The translations under genes were made by a program, and so were the position numbers. From assembly GCA_965224245.1 (NCBI GenBank), contig OZ245046.1:2656001-2720000 (forward strand): a stretch of 64,000 nucleotides of DNA, given 5' to 3'. Origin of the DNA: Candidatus Eiseniibacteriota bacterium. Its GTDB lineage: Bacteria > Eisenbacteria > RBG-16-71-46 > CAZAMP01. Positions within the stretch are counted from its first letter, which is position 1. Every line of letters begins with the position of its first letter. A model generated the notes under the pieces. That model was not told the DNA's origin. It saw nothing but the letters and a program-made list of their open reading frames with translations, and did not search any database. Shown in pieces: positions 58,553-64,000 of the stretch.

Positions 58553-58954
58553 TCAGCGGTTGCGCATCGCGATCCGGTTGTAGACCCACGCGATCAGCCA
58601 GCCCAGGAGCGCACCCACGATCGCGCCGTACAGGAAGCCCAGCACCGACCCCAGCCACGTGACGCTGTAGCCGGGGAAGTAGTTGCCGAGCAGGTTCAGG
58701 TGCTTGCCGACGTTCGTGCCCCCGCGGACGAGAAGCCACACGGTGGCCACGAAGAGCCCGACGCCGCCGGTGAACCCGAACACCACGGCCATGACGCCCG
58801 CGCGCAGACGTGCCACCGCAGCCCCCAGGAGCGCCCACTCGTCTCGGGACAGCTCCGAGGACGGACGCGCCGCGAGCGTCTCGGCCCCACGCGAACCGGC
58901 CCGGGGCGCAGCGTCACCGCGTGGCGTGTCGGCTTCCGACTTCGACACGTCCAT
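58553..58954 (-). CDS. Small membrane protein homologous to the C-terminal membrane domain of the upstream oxidoreductase
   Basis: AT.WL...GG..VG..L.LL..Y..GYSVT..G..G is shared with the gene at 59058-60866. Confidence 0.8.
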   Translation of the reverse strand: MDVSKSEADTPRGDAAPRAGSRGAETLAARPSSELSRDEWALLGAAVARLRAGVMAVVFGFTGGVGLFVATVWLLVRGGTNVGKHLNLLGNYFPGYSVTWLGSVLGFLYGAIVGALLGWLIAWVYNRIAMRNR

Positions 58955-58967
58955 GGACCTCGACCTC

Positions 58968-59038
58968 CTCGGACCTCTCAGACCTCTCGGACTTCTCAGA
59001 CCTCTCGGACTTCTCAGACCTCTCGGACCTCTCGGACT
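58968..59038. repeat. About 8 tandem copies of the 9-mer CTC(G/A)GAC(C/T)T, intergenic
   Basis: Units read directly: ctcggacct, ctcagacct, ctcggactt, ctcagacct, ctcggactt, ctcagacct, ctcggacct, ctcggact. Confidence 0.92.
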
Positions 59039-59057
59039 CGACGGACTCCCGCGAGCG

Positions 59058-60866
59058 CTACTCGAACGCGTTCATCAGCTCCAGCTGGCGGCGAAAGGCC
59101 GACTCCTGCCATCCCACGACGACGTTGATCGTCCGGGCCAGCCCGTACCCGAACGCGAAGCCCAGGGCGAGCAGCTCGGCCGCCCCCACGAGGGCACCGG
59201 TAGCCGTGACCGAGTAGCCCACGAGGTAGTGTGACAGGAGCCCGAGCGTCGGACCGACCACGGGCCCTCCCTTCACGACGAGCCACAGTGTCGCCAGAGC
59301 GAGCGTCAGGCTCGAGACGAGGCCGAGCGCGGCGCCGAGCGCCACCGGATCGTATCGTGCGAAGATGCTCCGGACCAGCTCCGCGGTCACGACGTCGGGC
59401 ACGGCGCCCGGCACGAGCCGATCGCCGCCCTCGCGCGACTCGGTCACCGCCTCGTGATAGTCGGCCTCGACGTTCACGTTCCAGATGTCGTGCGCGGCTC
59501 CGTGGACGCGCTCGGCGGCCAGCATGGCCGTCAGCATCGAGTGGTCCTGGTTGTTGTACCGGTGCTGGCCGTTTCGCCCGACGCACTGGAGCGTCGGCAT
59601 CGACCCGAGCCACTCGCGGAGGGTGGCCAGCGAGGCCTTGTACGCCGCGTCGTAGACCGGGTAGGCCTTCGGCATCCGGATCACCGTGCCGTCCAGCACC
59701 TCCGATGCCTCGATCAGCCCTAGCGCCGCGCACTCCCGGCGCCCCAGCGCCACCAGGTCGGCGTCGGCCATCGCCCAGAGATCGTCGTTCTCCTGGACGA
59801 AGTACTCCAGCCCGAGCGACGTCTTCGTCGGATCGGGCACCATCTCGGGGCTCCAGTTCTTGAAGTTCTGGATCCGACCCAGCTGCACCTTGTCCGAGTG
59901 GATGTAGATCCAGTTGTCCGGAAACACGTCCTCACGATCCACGATCAGCACGATGGTCAGGAAGTCGCGGTAGCGAAGCGCGTTCGCCGCCTCGAGGACC
60001 GCCGCCGGGGGCGCCGGGTCGAGCACGTTCATCAGCGTGCGGAGCGGCATCGACGAGAGCACGTGCGATCCCGGCTCGAAACGCTCGCGTCCGTCCCGAT
60101 CCCGCACGGTCACACCGGTCACGCGCCCGTCGGCGTGGTGCACGCGCACCACCGTCGTCTCGAGGTGGGTCTCGACGCCGGCCGCGGCCACGACGTCCCG
60201 GACGCGCTCCCACATCATTCCCGGTCCGAGCCTCGGGTAGTGGAAGCGATCGATCAGCGTGGTGATGACCGTTCCGTCCCGGCTGGATCCGACGAGCGCG
60301 TTCCGCACCGCCGCCTTCAGGTCGAGGTTCTTGATTCGCTGGGCCGCCCAGTCCGCGCCGATCTCCGAGCACGGGATGCCCCACACCTTCTCGGTGTAGG
60401 TCTTGAAGAAGATCTCGTAGAGACGCCGTCCGAACCGGTTGGTGACCCACTGCTCGAAGCTGCGTTCCTCGGGTGAGGGGGCCAGCTGCGCGCGGGCATA
60501 GCTGAGACCGACGCGGAGCGATTCCAGGAGACCCAGTCCGCGGAGGGCGTTCATCGGCTTCAGCGGGTAGTCGAAGAAGCGATCGTTGTAGTAGATGCGC
60601 GAGAGACGGGGTCGCACCAGAAACTCGTCCCCCAGCACCTCGTGCCAGAGCGACTCCACGCGTGGAACCTTCGTGAAGAACCGGTGTCCGCCGACGTCGA
60701 AGCGATAGCCCGCGTACTCGTCGGTGCGGGAGATGCCGCCCACGAGCGCATCCGCCTCGAACACGACCGTCGGCGTGCCCGACCCGGCCAGCTCGTACGC
60801 GGCCGTCAGCCCGGCGGGTCCCGCCCCGATGATGATGCAGCGCTGGTCGAGCGTCACGGCGTCCAA
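59058..60866 (-). CDS. NAD(P)/FAD-dependent oxidoreductase (HemY/UDP-galactopyranose mutase-like superfamily) with C-terminal membrane domain
   Basis: IIGAGPAGLTAA, VGGISRT, D.GGHRFFTK, YTEKVWG, W.Y.H, AYPVY and GRNG.H.YNNQDHSM. Confidence 0.88.
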   Translation of the reverse strand: MDAVTLDQRCIIIGAGPAGLTAAYELAGSGTPTVVFEADALVGGISRTDEYAGYRFDVGGHRFFTKVPRVESLWHEVLGDEFLVRPRLSRIYYNDRFFDYPLKPMNALRGLGLLESLRVGLSYARAQLAPSPEERSFEQWVTNRFGRRLYEIFFKTYTEKVWGIPCSEIGADWAAQRIKNLDLKAAVRNALVGSSRDGTVITTLIDRFHYPRLGPGMMWERVRDVVAAAGVETHLETTVVRVHHADGRVTGVTVRDRDGRERFEPGSHVLSSMPLRTLMNVLDPAPPAAVLEAANALRYRDFLTIVLIVDREDVFPDNWIYIHSDKVQLGRIQNFKNWSPEMVPDPTKTSLGLEYFVQENDDLWAMADADLVALGRRECAALGLIEASEVLDGTVIRMPKAYPVYDAAYKASLATLREWLGSMPTLQCVGRNGQHRYNNQDHSMLTAMLAAERVHGAAHDIWNVNVEADYHEAVTESREGGDRLVPGAVPDVVTAELVRSIFARYDPVALGAALGLVSSLTLALATLWLVVKGGPVVGPTLGLLSHYLVGYSVTATGALVGAAELLALGFAFGYGLARTINVVVGWQESAFRRQLELMNAFE

Positions 60867-61111
60867 TCGGCCCCCAGGACGTGTCGCGCGGAAGTGCGGC
60901 CGGATGTCGGCCGGATCGCGGCTGGCCCCTCGATGGAACAGGCATTCATGTCTATCTTGCTAAGTGCTTTCGTGACAAGCCCAAACGACACCCGCCGCCC
61001 CGGCCGGACGCGCAACACGCGGGTGGCCATGAAGATGCGCCGCTGCTAGTCTCGCCCGAGCGGCGGCTCGGACTCGCCGCACGTCACTGCCGGACCCGAC
61101 CGGGAGGCTCC

Positions 61112-61531
61112 ATGCGCCAGTCCACCGAGACGTTCACGTTCGAGACGCCCGGCCCCGGGACGACCAACGTCACCGAGCCCGTCCGCCGGTACGTCGCGAG
61201 CGTGGGCATCGTGTCCGGCCTGTTGACGCTGCACGTGGCCCATACGTCGGCCAGCCTGATGATCCAGGAGAACGCCGACCCCGACGTGATGGCGGACTTC
61301 GAGCGCTTCTTCCGGAGGCTCGTGCCCTGGGGCGACCCCGAGTTCCGCCACGACGCCGAGGGACCCGACGACATGCCCGCGCACATCCGCTCCGCGCTCA
61401 CGGCCACGTCGCTCTCGATCCCCATCGTGCAGGGTCGCCTCGCGCTCGGCACCTGGCAGGGCATCTTCCTGTACGAGCACCGCGCCGCGCCGCACCGGCG
61501 ACGCGTGGTCGCGCACGTCATCGGGGAGTGA
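61112..61531 (+). CDS. yjbQ: YjbQ/UPF0047 secondary thiamine-phosphate synthase family protein
   Basis: HTSASL.IQENADP, H..EGPDDMPAHI and LGTWQGI...E. GGAGG RBS. Confidence 0.9.
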   Translation: MRQSTETFTFETPGPGTTNVTEPVRRYVASVGIVSGLLTLHVAHTSASLMIQENADPDVMADFERFFRRLVPWGDPEFRHDAEGPDDMPAHIRSALTATSLSIPIVQGRLALGTWQGIFLYEHRAAPHRRRVVAHVIGE

Positions 61532-61563
61532 CCGGATCGGCTCGGCCGGCGCGCCCGACGGTC

Positions 61564-63096
61564 TCACGCCTCGGCGCGATGGAACGCGAGCATGTACACC
61601 GCGGCCTTGCGCCGGCCGATCATCTCGAGGATCCGGCGACCGACCAGCCACTGGAGATGATACTTGGCCCGCGCCTGCCCGCAGCCGAACTCGCGCTGGT
61701 AGCTCGTGTTCTTGAACACGGCCCCGGCGAACAGGAGCAGGAACTCACGCAGCAACGCGGGCGCCGGCGCGTCGAAGAAGCTCATGCCGTCGCCCAGTCG
61801 CCGTTCCAGCGTGTCCTCGAACTCGTTGGGATCGATCGGACCGAGGAGCTGTCCCAGTCGGCGCGTGCCGTCCGGCGAGGCCAGCTTCCGGGGCAGCGTC
61901 ACGGTGGCGGCCTTGCGGGCCGACGGGTCGGCGTACGCCGCGGTGGCCAGCACGAACTCCACCAGCGCCCGACGATCGATGCCGTCCTCGACCGCGGGCA
62001 GGATCTCGCGGCATCGATTGAGAATCGGAGGCACCCGGCGATGCTCGCCTGCGTCGGCCAGGCTGCGGGCGGCCAGGGCCAGCGACGTGAACTCCTGGGC
62101 CGCCGCGGCCCCCTGCCGCGCGAAGTCGCGCGCACGGTCGATGGCGGCCAGGCCGGCTTCGAGGTCGCCCTCGGTGAAGTACAGGATCGCCAGGTTGCGG
62201 GCACTCTCGGTCATCAGACCCGGACGTCCGGCCGCGGCGTGAAAGCGGATGGCCTGCGCGTACGATTCGCGTGCGGCCTCGACGTCCCCGAGGCGGCGAC
62301 AGGTCAGCGCGAGATTGTTGTAGTGGCGCCCGAGCACGGGGATGTCGAGGCGACGCAGGTCCTCGGCGATCAGCTCGTCGTGGATTTTGCGGGCCTTGTC
62401 CAGCTTCGACTCCTCGAACGCGAGATTCGCCACGTTGCCGAGGTACAGGCGCCGGAGCGCCCAGTCCGGCGACTCGTCGATGACCTGACGGGCGGATGCG
62501 TTCGAGCGGCGGGCCTGCGCCGTCTGACCCTGCTCCAGCTGCGCGTTGGCCATCCACAGGAGCGCCACCGCGCGATACTCGAGCACACCGCGTTCGAGCA
62601 CGTCGGCGTACACGCGCTCGGCGGCGGCATGCTCGCCGAGCTGACGATACGTGCGCCCCAGCAGGAGCTCGATCTCGGTGCGGATGCGTCGCTCCTTCTC
62701 CGAGATCCGGTGTCCGTCCAGGAGGATCTCCTTGGCCTCGGTGAGCCGGCCGCAGCGGAAGTGATGCCACATGCCGATTCCGAAGTGGAATCGCGACTGG
62801 AACGGGTAGCCCTCGGTCGCCTTCATGCCGCGCTCGAAGTGCGCGAGCCCCGCCTCGGGATCCCCGGCGATCGCGTGCACGATCGCGGTCCGGTAGAGGA
62901 GCGAGAGACGGGCATCGGTGTCGCGCAGCTCACGCCGCCGGAGCAGTCGATCGGCGTGCGCCAGCAACGCGTCGGTGTCGAACGTGTGGGGAATGGAGGC
63001 CGTCTCCAGGCCGAGCTCGTCGTGGATCTCGAAGATGCGGTCGTGGAGTCGACGGCGGTGAAGATTGACATCGAACGGCGCGAGATTCTCAATCAT
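61564..63096 (-). CDS. Cytoplasmic TPR protein with probable C-terminal winged-helix domain
   Basis: TPR-like units (LGR.Y..LG...AA, GNVANL, YNNLAL...LG) and a C-terminal Y..EF..GQARAKYHL..LV...IL..IG..K...Y pattern. Confidence 0.7.
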   Translation of the reverse strand: MIENLAPFDVNLHRRRLHDRIFEIHDELGLETASIPHTFDTDALLAHADRLLRRRELRDTDARLSLLYRTAIVHAIAGDPEAGLAHFERGMKATEGYPFQSRFHFGIGMWHHFRCGRLTEAKEILLDGHRISEKERRIRTEIELLLGRTYRQLGEHAAAERVYADVLERGVLEYRAVALLWMANAQLEQGQTAQARRSNASARQVIDESPDWALRRLYLGNVANLAFEESKLDKARKIHDELIAEDLRRLDIPVLGRHYNNLALTCRRLGDVEAARESYAQAIRFHAAAGRPGLMTESARNLAILYFTEGDLEAGLAAIDRARDFARQGAAAAQEFTSLALAARSLADAGEHRRVPPILNRCREILPAVEDGIDRRALVEFVLATAAYADPSARKAATVTLPRKLASPDGTRRLGQLLGPIDPNEFEDTLERRLGDGMSFFDAPAPALLREFLLLFAGAVFKNTSYQREFGCGQARAKYHLQWLVGRRILEMIGRRKAAVYMLAFHRAEA

Positions 63097-63475
63097 GTCG
63101 ATGAATCCTACGTTTCGGCATCGAACGCTGGCAGGTGACCGATCCGAGAGGCGGGTCACTGTAGTCGGAAGCCCGGCGTCGACGCAACGATTCGCCGTGT
63201 GTGACGCGGTGGACGTCGGCGGTCGCCGCGCTGCATCGCGTGCGTCGACGATTCCCACCGCCGGAGATCATGCATTCCGTTCCATCAAGACAATGCTCGT
63301 TCTACTGCGGGTTTGGATGACGCCTCGACGCGTCCGGCGTCGCGAGCCTGCAACGTCGCACCGGTGCCCGGCGTCGCGAGAGCCGGCCTTGGCTTTTGGC
63401 GAGTCCGTGATTACTGTATCCGGTTCGAGATCGATCGTCGCTTCGTGGCGTCCGCGGACTCGAGGGAGGTGTCTG

Positions 63476-64000
63476 ATGCGATCGTGCATCTGGATCGTGG
63501 CGCTCTTGACGTCGGCTCTGGGCTGGGATGGCGCACTCGCGGCGCATCCTCACGAGCGGACCGGGTTTCTGATCGGGTTCGATCTGGGCGGCGGAAGCGC
63601 GCAGGTCGACTGGGAGGTCGACGACGTCACGCTGTCGAGCGATCGGGAGTCGGGGGGCGCCGGCAACTTCCGGATCGGCTACGCGACGCGTCCGGATCTG
63701 GCCATCGCGCTCGAGGCGACCGGCTGGACGCGGACCTACGACGTCGAGGGAACGGCGTTCGAGGTGACGACCTCGTTCAGCGTGGTCGGCCCGTCCCTGA
63801 CCTGGTATCCCGAGGCCGGCGGGTTCTTCGTACGGGGGACGATCGGCTCCGGTCGCGTCCGCGTCGAGTTCTCCGGCGACGGCATCTCGATCGTGGGCGA
63901 GGACCACGGTCTGGGCGCCGCCATCGCCGGGGGCTACGAGTGGCGCCTGACTCGGCGATTCGCGCTGGGCGTACAGGCGGATCTCGGCGCGATCGACGTG
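63476..64000 (+). CDS. Outer-membrane beta-barrel protein (partial; absent from the ORF track)
   Basis: GGAGG RBS, MRSCIWIVALL signal, and alternating amphipathic strands GFLIGFDLGGG, FRIGYA, LTWYP, FFVRGTIG and AGGYEWRL. Confidence 0.8.
   Translation, partial: MRSCIWIVALLTSALGWDGALAAHPHERTGFLIGFDLGGGSAQVDWEVDDVTLSSDRESGGAGNFRIGYATRPDLAIALEATGWTRTYDVEGTAFEVTTSFSVVGPSLTWYPEAGGFFVRGTIGSGRVRVEFSGDGISIVGEDHGLGAAIAGGYEWRLTRRFALGVQADLGAIDV

Noticed and set aside
58968-59038. Possible CRISPR array
   Set aside because: Contiguous 9-bp units with no unique spacers and no cas genes.
63065-63093. TTGACA hexamer as a promoter
   Set aside because: It lies within the TPR gene 5' end and has no acceptable -10 at 16-18 nt.
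135-63138. Many long overlapping ORFs in the track (e.g. 1427-3703 +, 10470-13193 +, 17889-20687 -, 49157-51274 +, and the 5' parts of 13440-16235 and 37105-40329)
   Set aside because: Arg/Pro/Ala-rich shadow frames antisense to or overlapping well-supported genes. They are expected at this GC content and have no domain motifs.
63089-63271. 60-aa ORF as a signalling peptide for the TPR-wHTH protein
   Set aside because: No signal peptide, no clear RBS, and no coding-like composition.

Overview
High-GC bacterial chromosomal window with about 50 CDSs. No rRNA, tRNA, CRISPR array or recognisable mobile element was seen. An outer-membrane barrel gene and lipoproteins indicate a diderm organism. 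The mix of PEP-CTERM, FlgD-Ig C-terminal domains and a C-terminal 'SWGxxK' motif suggests an FCB-related candidate phylum such as Eisenbacteria, Krumholzibacteriota or Latescibacterota (inference). Housekeeping and transport content includes pepA, glgA, an AmpG-type MFS, a YejABEF-like peptide ABC transporter, a DUF3798 sugar-type ABC transporter, an SLC13 permease, an AAA+/VWA pair, GNATs, YchJ and YjbQ. Main points of interest: (1) a secreted Omp28/thioredoxin-fold protein split in the ORF track by an in-frame TGA in a UxxC motif and followed by a SECIS-like hairpin, a probable selenoprotein (47832-48614). (2) A cluster of three ATP-grasp ligases, glycogen synthase, an S51-like peptidase and a carbohydrate-binding-module esterase, suggesting an uncharacterised glycogen-linked acylation or peptide system (33695-42446). 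(3) A shared C-terminal TPVxxxSWxxV/IKxxY tail on three unrelated secreted proteins, a candidate sorting signal. (4) A perfect 20-bp palindrome over the -10 box and start codon of a leaderless SOS-type radical SAM gene, a candidate LexA box. (5) A frameshifted pseudogene inside an ABC locus, a degenerate beta-lactamase-fold protein, a duplicated membrane domain, and short tandem repeats.
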